Part shown: piece by piece, positions 12,801-25,328 of the stretch | How the letters are laid out: every line of letters starts with the position of its first letter | How positions within the stretch are numbered: the first letter of the stretch is position 1 | NCBI GenBank assembly: GCA_030704615.1 | Contig: CM060732.1 | Coordinates: forward strand, 17,546,001-17,610,000 | DNA length: 64,000 nt | Direction: 5' to 3' | DNA from: Takakia lepidozioides | Taxonomy: Eukaryota > Plantae > Bryophyta | The notes under the pieces: generated by a model | Told to the model about the DNA's origin: nothing | The model's input: only the letters and a program-made list of their open reading frames with translations | The model's database searches: none | Position numbers and translations under genes: made by a program

Positions 12801-14241
12801 CACTGGCTTCACGGATTCCGCATGATAATGTTTCCCAAGCTCATGTGCAGGAAGGGGCACAGCAGCACAGAGAAATGCTATTACTGGAAGCAGGACCTTC
12901 AGAGAGGGAGGAGGAAGTTACTTCAGTATCACAACCATCACAGCCAGCTGATCGGCTTGTCACAAGGTCACAAGTTGTCCATGCAGCTCAACCAGAAATA
13001 ATTGATTTGGAAAGAGAAGGGTTAGATATTCCAACTACAGAACAGATAGTGGCAGAAATGGAGAAGGGGGACCTTCTCTATGAATATTCTGGTCTGGTCA
13101 AGGAGACAGAGATTCCAGAGGTGCAACAGTTGCCCAAGGGAAATCCTGAGGTGCATATAATACACACACCTGTGTCGGAGGTACCACAGGCGGAAGGTCA
13201 TGACACTGTAGCACCGGTGATAGATGAAGTGGTTCAGGAAGAAAATCCGGTGGGACAATGGCCTGAGTGGTTCGTGAGACATCACACTGTTGAGGATCAG
13301 GAGGAACAGCAGCAACCTCACCATGATGACCCTCAACAGGCAATGCTGATGAGTTCCATAGGCAGGACACTTAATTTGTTGGGGACTTATGTCAAATCCC
13401 ATGTTCCAACTACCCAATTGACAGCCTTGAGAGAGGAACTCAGGAAGGAGTTTGAGGCTCGACTAGCCACTGAGTGTGCAAACAAGGTCGATGAAGAGCT
13501 CACTCTCAAGATGCAGCAAGACTTGGAGAATACAGAAGCGGCTTTGCAATTGGCCAAGGAACAATTGATTGAGGCAGGCCTCGCGCAAGACCAGTTGCAC
13601 GAAGCACATAAGCAACAGCTATACCAAATGCAGGTGCAGCATGAAAGCAAGTTGCAAGAAGTGAATGCACTACATACGGAGTTGCAGACAGTGCATGACA
13701 GGATGGCGATACAATGTGCTACATTCACAACTATGCTTGACCAATCTACAAAAGAAATAAACAGTCAAGCGGAAAAATGTACGAAGGCAGAAGAGGAGAA
13801 TGTTGAGCAATTGAAACTCATTGTCGATATGAAGAATACAATCTGTCGCAATGAGGATACTTTCAAGCAATACAGGCAAGTTGAAGCTGATCAAGAGAAG
13901 CACATCGTGGAGTTGCAACAAACGCTCATGACCAATAGAACTGAAATCACTAACAAGGCTTGGAAGGAAGCTAATAATCTACTTGCTGCTTATGCAAATT
14001 TGGTTGAACCTCATGCGAAGCGCATGGAGGCTTTACAACAGCAATTAGAAGTGTACAAGCTAAGAGAGGAGCAAACTCTCAGGGGAACCACAAGCAACAT
14101 GGTGGATAACAGCCTTATGCAGGTCTGGTTAGCACAAGGGCCAGTAGAGGGCAAATCACCACGAAAGCTCACCCAAAGCGAGATGAATGAGCTCAGACTA
14201 CCAGTGCAGAACATTGCCACAATTACTATAGACAATGTCTA
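9894..14241 (+). mobile_element. Ty3/gypsy family 1, copy B (integrase, linker, extra ORF truncated at 14241)
   Basis: HKGVAGGHFG, KWGLDFVGP, FISDQGSHF and GQAEATNK integrase motifs; extra ORF 12452-14242; many 1-bp indels. Confidence 0.92.
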
Positions 14242-14593
14242 GCCGCGGAATTCGGCACCATTTTTTGCCAGAGAGACCTATTGCCGCGAAATACGTCGCC
14301 GTTTTTTCAGGTTACGGACTCACGGACCCTATTACCCGCGAAATTTCGGCGCCATATTTGCACATGTCGCTGGGAATTGGCATGAGCGGAAGACGAAATA
14401 TCATGAGCACAACTGTCAAAAGTGCAATTTTCCCTTCAAGGGGCCGAATAATATATTTGTTTTTCCTGAAACATTGCATTAAATTATTGTTTTTTATTGT
14501 TTTTTTATTTTCGAAATTTGTACTTCTGCTCATAGAAACCGATTGTGTTACTACTCTGCTCATGCCGCTCATGCTCATGAAATAGCAAACCTC
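14242..14593 (-). mobile_element. Mutator-like element terminal fragment 5 (~350 bp)
   Basis: Reverse complement begins GAGGTTTGCTATTTCATGAGCATGAGCGGCATGAGC. Contains degenerate palindromes near 14247 and 14340. Confidence 0.75.
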
Positions 14594-14594
14594 C

Positions 14595-17500
14595 GACACA
14601 GCCTATCACAGCCCATCAAGGCGCAACACAGCCTATCACAGCCCATCACGACGTGACACAACCTATCACAGCCCATCAAGGCGCGACACAGCATATCACA
14701 ACCTACCACAGCGTGTCACAGCCTATCACAGCTTACCACAGTGTATCACAGCCTATCACGGCGTACCACAGTATGACACAGCCTGTCACAGCTTAACACA
14801 GCCTACTAGGGTTACACAATCCATAGAATCAGTGACAGGTGGACGCAGGATAACTTCAGGGAAATGGCCGGCGGAAGAAAGGACGGAAGCCAGTTTAGAA
14901 AGGGACACGTGGAAGTCAAGGCGCAACACACAGCTGAGAAGGAAGTGCAAGAACAGATGTCATCAAGAAAGAGGACAAGAATGGCCGTCAAAATACCTAA
15001 TTAGCACGTCAATTCGGATGAATGGCGGGCCCATTAATGAATACGGAAAAGGGGCAACAGAACAAACGGCAAGTACAGAAAAGCGAAATTCTTGTCACAT
15101 GTGTTATCCTAGTGGACAGTCCAGCAGGGAAAGTCCACTAAAGAAAATTAAATCTAAAATCCAGTCACAGCGGTTACAGCCAATCGAAAGCCAGAAAAGG
15201 GATCAAGAAATTGGAGGGAATTTAAGCGCAAGAGTCGGCGTCGTTCTAAGTAACGGGCGTCTCGACGGGACAAACCATCAATGCTATAGCTTTGAAGCTA
15301 TGGAGGAACTAACAGACTATACGCTCGCAATATTACTTACGCAGTGGCATAGGGACGAAAGAACAGAGCGGATCTTTTCTCTTGATCGATGCTTGCAAGC
15401 CCCGCAGGCTTACAAGAAATTACCCATAGCTTTTTGTGGCAACCATACGTTTATGCTTTGTGCCCTGCAGGCATTTCTTCAATTGTTACAGCCAAAACAT
15501 TTCTGTGGGTCTAGAATGAAGAGAGTGAGAGGAATGGAAGAAATCAGGGTGAAGAGCACCACAATCCTGCAGAAACAAACGATTGCTACTCCACAGGCGG
15601 TAAAGTTACTGAAGGAGCTGCGATTGGAAGGATTGCAAAGCAAAGATTGGACATTGCACCATAGACAGTACATGTTACAATTCTTGCAGAACTTTGAGCC
15701 AAGGACAGGAGCAACAACGGTGAAGGGAGTTGAATTAGTAATTACTCCCCTATACCTACAGCAATTGTTTCGATTGCCAGCAGGTCAGGTGCATGTGGAG
15801 GAGCACAGGGCAAGACTGCAAATAGGGGACTTATTCCAAGAAGGGAGTTTCTTTAAAACTCAGGGTTATGCTTGTACCAAGGCCGTGTACCCAGGGCTAA
15901 GGGAGGTAGGCCAGGTATTGAACGTTCTGTTTGCCATGAAACAGAACCAACAGTATTTGAGCAGATCCTTCACAGAAGAAATACTCAAAGCCCTGAGAGG
16001 AGAAGAGGTAGAATGGGCGGACATAATGTACAACGCACTGGTAGAGGAGATGAAAAGATTACAGGGTACTGCCGCAAAGTCTCCTATCATAGTGTCTGGC
16101 CCAATCATTGCTCAAATAATTCTTGATTCTGGCATACTTGATGCTCGAGAAAGAAAGGAGATGGGAGTGTTTGAGCCAGAAACCACTGCAATGGAAGAGC
16201 AAGGCTCTTCACACAGTGAGGGTGGACTGGCAGGGCAACCCGAGACTAAGAGACAGAGGCGGGGAAAGACTGTAGTGGCGGATCCACTGGCTTCACGGAA
16301 TCCGCATGATAATGTTTCCCAAGCTCTTGTGCAGGAAGGGGCACAGCAGCACAGAGAACTGCTATTACTGGAAGCAGGACCTTCAGAGAGGGAAGAGGAA
16401 GTTACTTCAGTATCACAGCCATCACAGCCAGATGATCGGCTTGTCACAGAGTTACCACAAGTTGTCCATGCAGTTCCACCAGAAATAATTGATTTGGAAA
16501 AAGAAGGGTTAGATATTCCCACTACAGAACAGGTGGTGGCAGAAATTGAGAAGGGGGACCTTCTCTATGAATATTCTGGTATGGTCAAGGACACAGTGAT
16601 TCCGGAGGTGCAACGGTTGTCCAGGGGAAACCCTGCGGTGCATATAATACACACACCTGTGACGGAGGTACCACAGGTAGAATGTCAAGACACTGCAGCA
16701 CCGGTGACGGATGAAGTGGTTCAGGAAGAAAATCTGGTGGGGCAATGGCCTGAGTGGTTCGTAAGGCATCACACTGTTGAGGATCAGGGAGAACAGCAGC
16801 AAGCTCACCAAGATGACCCTCAACAGGCCATGCTTATGAGTTCCATAAGCAGGACACTTAATTTGTTGGGTACTTATGTCAAATCCCATGTTCCCACTAC
16901 TCAATTGGCAGCTTTGAGGGAGGAACTCAGGAAGGAGTTTGAGGCTCGACTTGCCACAGAGTGTGCAAACAAGGTCGATGAAGAGGTCACTCTCAAGATG
17001 CAGCAAGACTTGGAGAGTACAGAAGCGGCTTTGCAATTGGCCAAGGAACAATTGATTGAGGCAGGCCTCGCGCAAGACCAGTTGCACGAAGCACATAAGC
17101 AACAGCTATACCAAATGCAGGTGAAGCATGAAAGCAAGTTGCAAGAAGTGAATGCACTACATACGGAGTTGCAGACAGTGCATGACAGGATGGCCATACA
17201 ATGTGCTACACTCACAACTATGCTTGACCAATCTACAATAGAAATAAACAGTCAAGCGGAAAGATGTACGAAGGCAGAGGCAGAGAATGTTGAGCAAGTG
17301 AAACTCATTGTCGATATGAAGAATACAATCTGTCGCAATGAGGATACTTTCAAGCAATACAGGCAGGTTGAAGCTGACCAAGAGAGGCACATCCTGGAGT
17401 TGCAACAAACGGTCATGGCCAATAGAAATGAAATCTCTGTCACTAACAAGGCTTGGAAGGAAGCCAATAATCTGCTTGCTGCCTATGCGAATTTGGTTGA

Positions 17501-19072
17501 ACCTCATGCGAAGCGCATGGAGGCTTTACAACAGCAGTTAGAGTGTACAAACTCAGAGAGGAGCAGACTCTCAGAGGTACCACAAGCAACTTGGTGGATA
17601 ACCACCTTATGCAGGTCTGGTTAGCACAAGGGCCAGTGGAGGGCAAAGCACCACGAAAGCTCACCCAAAGCGAGATGAATGAGCTCAGACTGCAAGTGCA
17701 GAACATTGCCACAACTACTATAGACAATGTCTATAGTAGGATAGCGGAGTTACAGGAGGATGTAGACGGCCTGCAGACTCAAGTGGAGGACCTCACTTCA
17801 AATATCGACAAGAGAGTCTGTGTACCTGAGGAACAGCTAATGGCTTCTTATTTAAAAGCGAGAACTTTGGCTTTTCAGTCTTCTTCACAGGAGGTGCAGG
17901 AGATGCCAATGGTACAAGAGCCAGTGCCACCAACACCACAACAAGTCACTGTGCCAGTAGCTGACCCTGTTGTTACTACAGCCACACCACAGCCACCACA
18001 GCCTGAGGTATGGGGAAATGCTGCTTTTAACCCACCTAAAACTCCAGCTGCAAGGGAGTACAGTAGGGCTATGATTATGCCCTTCAACCAAATTCCCATT
18101 GTGTTGGATTTGGCTTGGAAAGAATTTAGTCCTCCGCAGTCATTGGCACATTACTATCAAATCATGCGCATTTGGCTGCCAGTGGCAACTAGAACTAAGG
18201 TTCTTCCAAACAATCGACCCATTGAGGATCATCACTTTGCGCAGTACTGGCATGAGGCAAGTACCATGTTGAAGGAATTAATTGCCTTCCAAGTTGTACA
18301 TGGATTCATTTATACCAAGACCAAGGAGGTAGCAAGTATTGTCATGGGCTGCGGGTTATACTACGCTGCTTGTTTTCTGGTACGTTATCACATTGAGCAG
18401 CACAAGATGCAATCGCGCTTTCTGAGTTATTCCAGTGGGGATCATTGGGTCTTACCTTCAGTGCCACCTCATATGTACCTATATGAGGCAAAAGTTATGA
18501 TGCAAAAGGATTCTCAAATTCGTTCATGGTTTCATGCGGCCTGGAACAATTTGTCAACACAGAAATTCGGCCCTGACGATATTTTCTTTAAGGGACATGA
18601 GGCATGGAAATACTTGCACAATTCACAAGTCATTGGTACCCCACTCACCTGGACAGACAAGGAGCTCAGGGTCTTCACCAATTTTGCCATTCAGCGTTTA
18701 CAGCAAGTTTTAAAATTTAAACTTCCAGACATGGTAGGACAACATTGTATGCCCCAGAGGATTCCACAAAAAGTTCGACAGTTAAAACACCTGAGAGGCG
18801 ATGAGGATTCTGATACAACTGTTTCTTCAGTGGACTCTTTTGACATGGGAGAAGACTATGCAATTCAGATGGCAGAGAAGAAGCGACGGGGGTCTCCTAT
18901 GCCTGAAAGATTACCTCGATATCAGCCTCCAGAGGGCCTCACATATCCAAGTAGTGTTCAATCATCTCCGTCAACCAGTGACAGACCTCGGGCTCGTACA
19001 CAGAGTCCTTTACGAGACTCTCAACGTCAAAAAGGTGCTCGCTCACAAAGGTTTGCTAATCCCAATCAGTAA
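14595..19072 (+). pseudogene. Extra ORF (plant-transposon-domain-like N-terminal part, long coiled coil, C-terminal globular region), one frameshift near 17543
   Basis: The frame is open from the DTAYHSPSRR repeats onward and is colinear with ORF 42435-47183. Confidence 0.85.
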
Positions 19073-19093
19073 ACCGTGAGGACACGGTTTTTT

Positions 19094-19110
19094 GAGAGGG
19101 GAAGGGGTAA
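19094..19110 (+). promoter_or_regulatory. Polypurine tract
   Basis: GAGAGGGGAAGGGGTAA directly before the LTR start TGTTAGAGG. Confidence 0.85.
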
Positions 19111-20195
19111 TGTTAGAGGACTGTGTGGGACTTAGACACTTATACAGGATCTGTGGGGTACCCTTAATTTTTGCACAGATTGAGTCCAACAGGAGCCTTA
19201 GGGGTGACAGCAGCGCACTTTAGAGGGGGGTTACACAGCCCGTCACAGCCAACACAGCCCGTCACAGTCCGACACAGCCGACACAGCCAGACACAGCCAA
19301 CACAGCTTGTCACAGTCCGACACAGCCCGTCACAGTCCAACACAGCCGACACAGCCAGACACAGCCAGACACAGCCATCACAGTCCGACACAGCCGACAC
19401 AGCCGACACAACCAGACACAGCCAACACAGCTCGTCACAGTCCGACACAGCCAGACACAGCCAGATATAGCCAGACACAGCCATCACAGCCAGTCACAGC
19501 TTGACACAGCTGTCACGACTATAGGGAACGGATAGCAGGACAGGGAACGACTGTGGGGAACAACATCTGCGAATGGAACATGTTAGTACACGGATGACGG
19601 TTAGTGAGGGAAACGGTTAGAACAACGGGTAGGAAGATAAAGCCAGGAGCGAGGACGGGAGGGGCAGCACTTCTAGGGGAATTATGGGAGAAGGGGGAGA
19701 GATCACTTGGAGAGGGGACTTCGGACATCACGGGAGGAAAAGAGGAGAGAGCGCATCTCTGAGCGGAAGGAGGGAGAGCACAGAGTAGGAGGAGAATGAT
19801 CTGTTGATGCTTAATGAATGCAAGCAGTAGAGTTGTAATGTAGAGCAGATTAGAGACTCCATGGCTTCAGCCTGATACTCGTTAGATATTAATCTGATAC
19901 ATACTTCATACTCACACTGTGTAGAGAGATCTGAGTGAAGCTGTGGAATAAATGGATGAGTTGATGGAATCCGATAGATTGCTGAAGCAAACTGATACTT
20001 AATTACCAACAGTAAGGTAACTAGCTAACATGAATGCGGGAAGGAAAACAAATAGGAAACACCCCCATGATACACTAGCTGTAGGTCATGACTGATTGTT
20101 CTGAGCGGGCTGAGTACTTAGAGATTTCCAACTCTTCTATCTTGGAGTTTCCACCTCGGATAGCAAAGGGATGGGTGAGTAAAAGCCGCATGACA
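19111..20195 (+). repeat. 3' LTR of copy C (contains CACAGCC microrepeat array ~19235-19515)
   Basis: TGTTAG...ATGACA; homologous to 20867-21835 and 41222-42248. Confidence 0.92.
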
Positions 20196-20432
20196 GAAGG
20201 AGCCTCCCGCTCAGGATACACCGGGTAAAGGTAGAAAAGCAAAGAGAAATGATGTTGCTAGTGGTGTGGGGAAAGGAAGGGGTAGGGGGAAGGGGGCACA
20301 AGGGCAGGTAGGTGGGCAGGGAGTGTTGCAGATACTGGCCCTCTGGTGGTTGTCTAGCAGACTCCACTGCATGGTAGGGGATCCGGGAGAAAGAACAAGG
20401 GGGTGGTTGATCCCATGGACCCGTACTAAGCA

Positions 20433-23065
20433 GTGGAGCATCCCACGAGGGTCATTCGCCCTACCAGGTTGGAGATGGCCAACGTCGCGTTCCTTGCCAT
20501 GATGGAGTCCAGGAAATCTGATTACAAGGGCGAACCATCACCAGTGTGGGAGAGGATTGTGGAGTTCCTCGGCACGGTGCGTGTTGTCTTTTGCTTCTTG
20601 TCTGTTGTGGGCATGGATCGTTTCAATCCTCTTGAGCATTCCATTGCATGCTTGTTTGCAGGCTAAAAAAAACCAAATCCTGGGTGAACGGGAAGGAGAA
20701 GCCATATGCAGCCAAACTCATCATCTTGGACATCCCTGATAGGTTGCCAGTCCCGGATGTCCCTCCATCGGGTGCTTGTCCAGGTTGGAATGCTTTTGAT
20801 GAGCGCTACTGACGGTGGATTTTCTCCTTTTGCAATTTCTTTCTGTCCGATGCAGGTGTTTTGGTGTGTCGCGCGGCTTTTACTCACCCATCCCTTCGCT
20901 ATCCGAGGCGGAAACTCCAAGATAGAAGAGTTGGAAATCTCTAAGTACTCAGCCCGCGCAGAACAATCAGTCATGACCTACAGCTAGTGTATCATGGGGT
21001 GTTTCCTATTTGTTTCCTTTTCCGCATTCATCTTAGCTACCTTACCATTGATAATTAAGTATCAGTTTGCTTCATCAATTTATCGGTTTCCTTCACTCCT
21101 CCATTCAATCCACAGCTTCACTCAGATCTCTCTACACAGTGTGATTGTATCGTATAAGTATCAGATTATGATTTATCAGGTATCAGGCCGAAGCCATTGT
21201 GTCTCTATTCTCCTCTACAATATCCCTACAGCTTTGCATATAACAAGCATCTACTAATCCTCTTTCCTCCTTCATCGTGCTCACCGACTTCCGCTCCCGT
21301 CTCACTCCGAAATCCTCCTCCCCCGAATCATAATCCCTTCTTCATTCCCCGTTTCTCCCTTTATCCTCCTATCCGCGGTTCTAACCGTTTCCCTCTCTAA
21401 CCGTCGTATGTGAACTAACATGTTCCCTTCACAGGTGTTGTTCCCCACAGTCGTTCCCTGTCCTACTCTTCGTTCCCTATTATCGTGACAGCTGTGTCAA
21501 GCGGTGACTGGCTGTGTTTGGCTGTGTCGGGCTGTGACTGGCTGTGTGGCTGTGCCGGGCTGTGACTGGCTGTGTGGGCTGTGTCTGCTGTGACGACTGT
21601 GACGGGCTGTGTGGGCTGTGTGGGCTGTGTGGGCTGTGACGGCTGTGTGGGCTGTGACTGGCTGTGTGGCTGTGCCGGGCTGTGACTGGCTGTGTGGGCT
21701 GTGTGGGCTATGTAACCCCCCTCTACAGTGCGCTGCTGTCACCCCTAAGGTTCCTGTTGGTCTCAGTCTGTGCAAAAATTAAGGGTACCCTACAGATCCC
21801 GTATAAGTGTCTAAGTCCCCTACAGTCCTCTAACATGGTGCTCATCCAGTCCATCGACCTTCGCTATTGCCGTGCACTTGCCAGCTATTTGAAAGCCTCC
21901 GGTATGAGGGTCGTGAAGACATGGAATTGTGTGAATAGCATGTACCTGACGAAGGGGGATCGTCCCGGAGAGATGGTAAATTTGCCTTCTTATTCCTCTT
22001 CTTGGTGGTTCTCGGATGGAGTTGCATAAGTCGCTCAAATGAATATGTAGGGGCCTGGTTTTCAAGCTTCTTAGTTCCTTGTGTATGTCCTGTTCGCAGA
22101 CTCGTTTGTTTGAAGCTGTTTGTCTCGTCCGAGTGCATCCACCTACGACTCCAGCCGTCTATGAACTTTTTGGGCAAGTTCATAGACGAGAGGACAGATC
22201 CTCCCACGGATGACATGCACCACAACTACGTGGACAGCAACGTGTGCTTGCGAAGGGGGAATGGGGTTCCTTGGAGAGGGGCCAGGGAGAGGAGCCCGGC
22301 TTTCATTCAGACGATTGTGGAGTGCTGCACCTACACAGACGCCAGAGTTCTGGATTTGTCAATGGGCACATGTTCGTCTCTTCAACATTCACATTTCGTG
22401 AGGTTTGTTTGACCTTGCACTTTCAGCTCTTCCCACCATTCCAAATGTGTCTTCAATGTCTGTTTCCTTCATTGTATTCCACTGCAGGTGCCTCCTACCA
22501 CGCTTGCAAGGCCAGTGCGCGACATCTCTTTGGGATTGAAGGGGATGCCGAGATTTACAAGAACCTCCTGATGGGTTTGGGTGGACACACTTCTCAAGTC
22601 CTTCCAAAGCCCCTACCCGTTGATATTGATACAGGGGAGACTTCCGACAAGGAGCTGGATGACGACTTTGCCTGTGAGTAAGTTCAACCTGTGGATGCTT
22701 GCATTGTTGTTTCAATACCCAGAATCACTGTTCTTAAGGCAAAGTGCACATGGGAGATATCCTCTTTGTTGGACTTGTGCATTGCATCATTGTGTGCAAA
22801 ATTGGTTTTTGTCCACTTGTGCAGGAGTCCGCGTGCTTCCTCTAACCCTCCAGGGCTATCACACCTTTTTGGACTTCTTTCAAGTCCTCCTCAGTCTTAC
22901 GTCCTACCTATCTATGCGGAGGCACTCGCAGCAAGCATGTCCATTCATGGCACTCACAGTCCAACCATCGACGGCCGTGGTAGAAGACGTGGTGTTGGGG
23001 CTGGAATCTTTGTGGATGACATAGCACTGGAGGTCGATACTGATTCTAATGACTATAACACTTGA
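20433..23065 (+). pseudogene. Beta-class amino-DNA-methyltransferase-like gene, copy 2, interrupted by a solo LTR
   Basis: KLIILDIPDRLPV..PGWN from ~20714. WRGARERSPAFIQTIVECCTYTDARVLDLSMGT, then intron 22372-22487, then (G)ASYHACKASARHLFGIEGDAEIY. Intron position matches copy 1. Confidence 0.7.
20867..21835 (-). mobile_element. Solo LTR of gypsy family 1 with 5-bp TSD
   Basis: TG...CA ends; TGGTG at both 20862-20866 and 21836-21840. Confidence 0.95.
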
Positions 23066-24006
23066 TATGAAGTTTTCTTTTGCTTTCATTCGGGGCCAAT
23101 TTTGAAATGGGATGGTTGTGTGTCCTTGTTGTCATGTTTGCAATGTGTGCATGGGATGCAAATTCATGGGAACAAACTATCGTTGGAGATGGGGGTTGCA
23201 TGGACTACCCGGATTGTTCCTTCAATCTATTTAGTGTCTTGCGGAGCTCACAGGCTTGTGTGCAGACGTTTGTTCGGGTAGAGCATTCTCGCATCATTTG
23301 CTCGTTGGTCTCCAAACCATTCTTGCTAGAAGAATGCTTGGTAAATCCATCATGATAAAGTCCACGTGATCAAAGAGCGTTCAGGCATTCTCAATTCTGG
23401 TGAGCATCCATGCTGCTCCCGCACATACCTGGCATGTTCGCAAGGGTGGTGAGTAAGAAAAGATTTCGCAGGGATCCGCTTTGGATGATGTGAGTGTGCA
23501 CCTGCTCACAACGTAGGCACATTCCAATGCAGGGGCTTGGTATGTTGATAACGTCTAAATGGATGCAATGGATAGAAAGGATGGATACAATGGATGTAAC
23601 ACATCCAGTCTGCATTCCCTGGAAATGGCTGATCAACCCGCGGTAATAGGTGACACCCACGGAAATAGGCCCTGTATGCATGCTGACGTGGCGTGAGCCT
23701 GTGCTGGGCTCATGGTTTCTTGGGCTCACAGGCTCACGCCTCTGGGCTCACAGAATAGCACCTTCCCTAAGTATCGGGGTGATGCATTTGGAGACGTTCG
23801 CGAATGTGTTCTTGGCGGAGACACTGAAGAAATGCGAGACCATCAATAAGCCCCTCAAGTTTGCGTGCCCCTGATAACATCCACCATTTTGCATTTCTTT
23901 TCATTGTTGCATGGTGTCAAGTACAAATTGATAGCCAGTTGCCGCAAGGCTCTCTCTCAAGTTTGGTTGCAGCAAGCTTGAGCAGCAATGTCGTGGTGAT
24001 AGTATT

Positions 24007-24716
24007 TGTCGTGCGCATACATATCGCTACACAACTACATCATTGTCCAAAACCACACAACACATGTGTACACCACACACTAGTATACCACTAGTCCACC
24101 ACTAGTCCGGCCACAAGTTCAACCACTAGGCTACAACTAGTCAGTCACTAGGCTGCCACTATGCTGCCCACTATGGCAGTCACTAGTCCACACAATGATA
24201 AAGAAGAAGAATACAAGCACAAGCTCATGCGAGCTCACAAAGCTGAAGCATAAACTCATGCATATATAAATTCATCACTCAAATACAAGTCAAGCCAAGT
24301 GCACCCCACGCCATGGGGAATCCACACTACGGCGCCATAGCTAGACGCGGTGAGGCTCAACTCGAGAAAGATGAGCCTCCCGCGCTTGCCGTGAAGATAA
24401 TCACTCCAGGGCCTAAATCTGCCTTGACCCCTGGATTGACACTTGGGCCAATCCCAAATGTCAATTGATATGTAAAAACTAGCTATTTCCTAGCTAGTTT
24501 CATACTAGTGATAAAATAACTTGACAGCTGTCGTGCGCATACATATCGCTACACAACTACATCGCTGTCCAAAACCACACAACACATGTGCACACCACAC
24601 ACTAGTATACCACTAGTCCACCACTGGTCCAACCACTAGTCCAACCACTAGGCTACAACTAGTCAGTCATTAGGCTGCCACTATGCTGCTCACTATGGCA
24701 GTCACTAGTCCACACA
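24007..24716 (-). repeat. 3' LTR of family 2 with ~190-bp direct repeat at both ends (24007-24195, 24529-24716)
   Basis: PPT AGAGGGGGAT (24726-24717) precedes TGTGTGG; ends CGACA; rich in ACTAGT. Confidence 0.75.
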
Positions 24717-24974
24717 ATCCCCCTCTAGCTGGTGCTTAGGTCCCTCTAAGTCCAGGTAGCCACAAAATGCGATAGTGACCATAGCCTCATTAAGTCCTCC
24801 ACCACTGTCCCTACTACACTCAAACGCGATAGATCAAGAGGCCGGGTGCAAGAGTGCCCCATCGTTAGTCGCCATTTTGCAACCTATGAACTTGAGCCTG
24901 AGATCTCGTGTATTGACTCCTATGAGCTTGGCCTCCCATGTCTTGTTAGCTGCCTCTAGTCATGTCCACTGCCA

Positions 24975-25262
24975 CTATCCCAAGCAGTGTGGACACAACC
25001 AATCTCCATCAGGAACCTTCTCAAGAGGTGGTGTCAAGCATCCCATGTGCCAACCTCTTGAGCATCGATCACACACCAGCATGGTGGCTGCCCCTTTGGC
25101 AGACCCACAAAGCATGCACCTCAAACCTGCAGGTACCACTGCCAAGTTTGGATCAACTCTGCCATTGACATTGGGAAGGTGACATGGCGCACAATTACGC
25201 ACATGGTCTTTCCAAGTCATGCCATCCCGACCCTCCAAGATCAGGACTCCTGAGGGCAACAC
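24975..25262 (-). CDS. PHD finger at the Pol C-terminus
   Basis: CMLC...LVCDRCSRGWHMGCLTPPLEKVPDGDWLCPHC, a canonical C4HC3 pattern. Confidence 0.92.
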   Translation of the reverse strand: MLPSGVLILEGRDGMTWKDHVRNCAPCHLPNVNGRVDPNLAVVPAGLRCMLCGSAKGAATMLVCDRCSRGWHMGCLTPPLEKVPDGDWLCPHCLG

Positions 25263-25328
25263 CTCTCAAACCCTCAGAATAACACGCCCTGCAGTGACAT
25301 CCAGGGTCGTAGGAGCAGTCTGTTGCAA

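Larger units (their letters stand above)
14594..20195 (+). mobile_element. Ty3/gypsy family 1, copy C (linker, extra ORF, PPT, 3' LTR)
   Basis: ORFs 14832-17624 and 17543-19072, then PPT and a TG...CA LTR. Confidence 0.93.
20196..23766. mobile_element. Mutator-like DNA element fragment 2 (MTase-like gene and right terminus)
   Basis: Reverse complement of the end reads GGAAGGTGCTATTCTGTGAGCCCAGAGGCGTGAGCCTGTGAGC, closely matching the terminus at 33928. Confidence 0.7.

Noticed and set aside
3547-14593. One complete element bounded by the inward-facing termini at 3547 and 14593
   Set aside because: No TSD (AGTACATAG versus CGACACAGC), the flanks are two 3' gypsy parts in opposite orientation, and a scaffold gap lies between.
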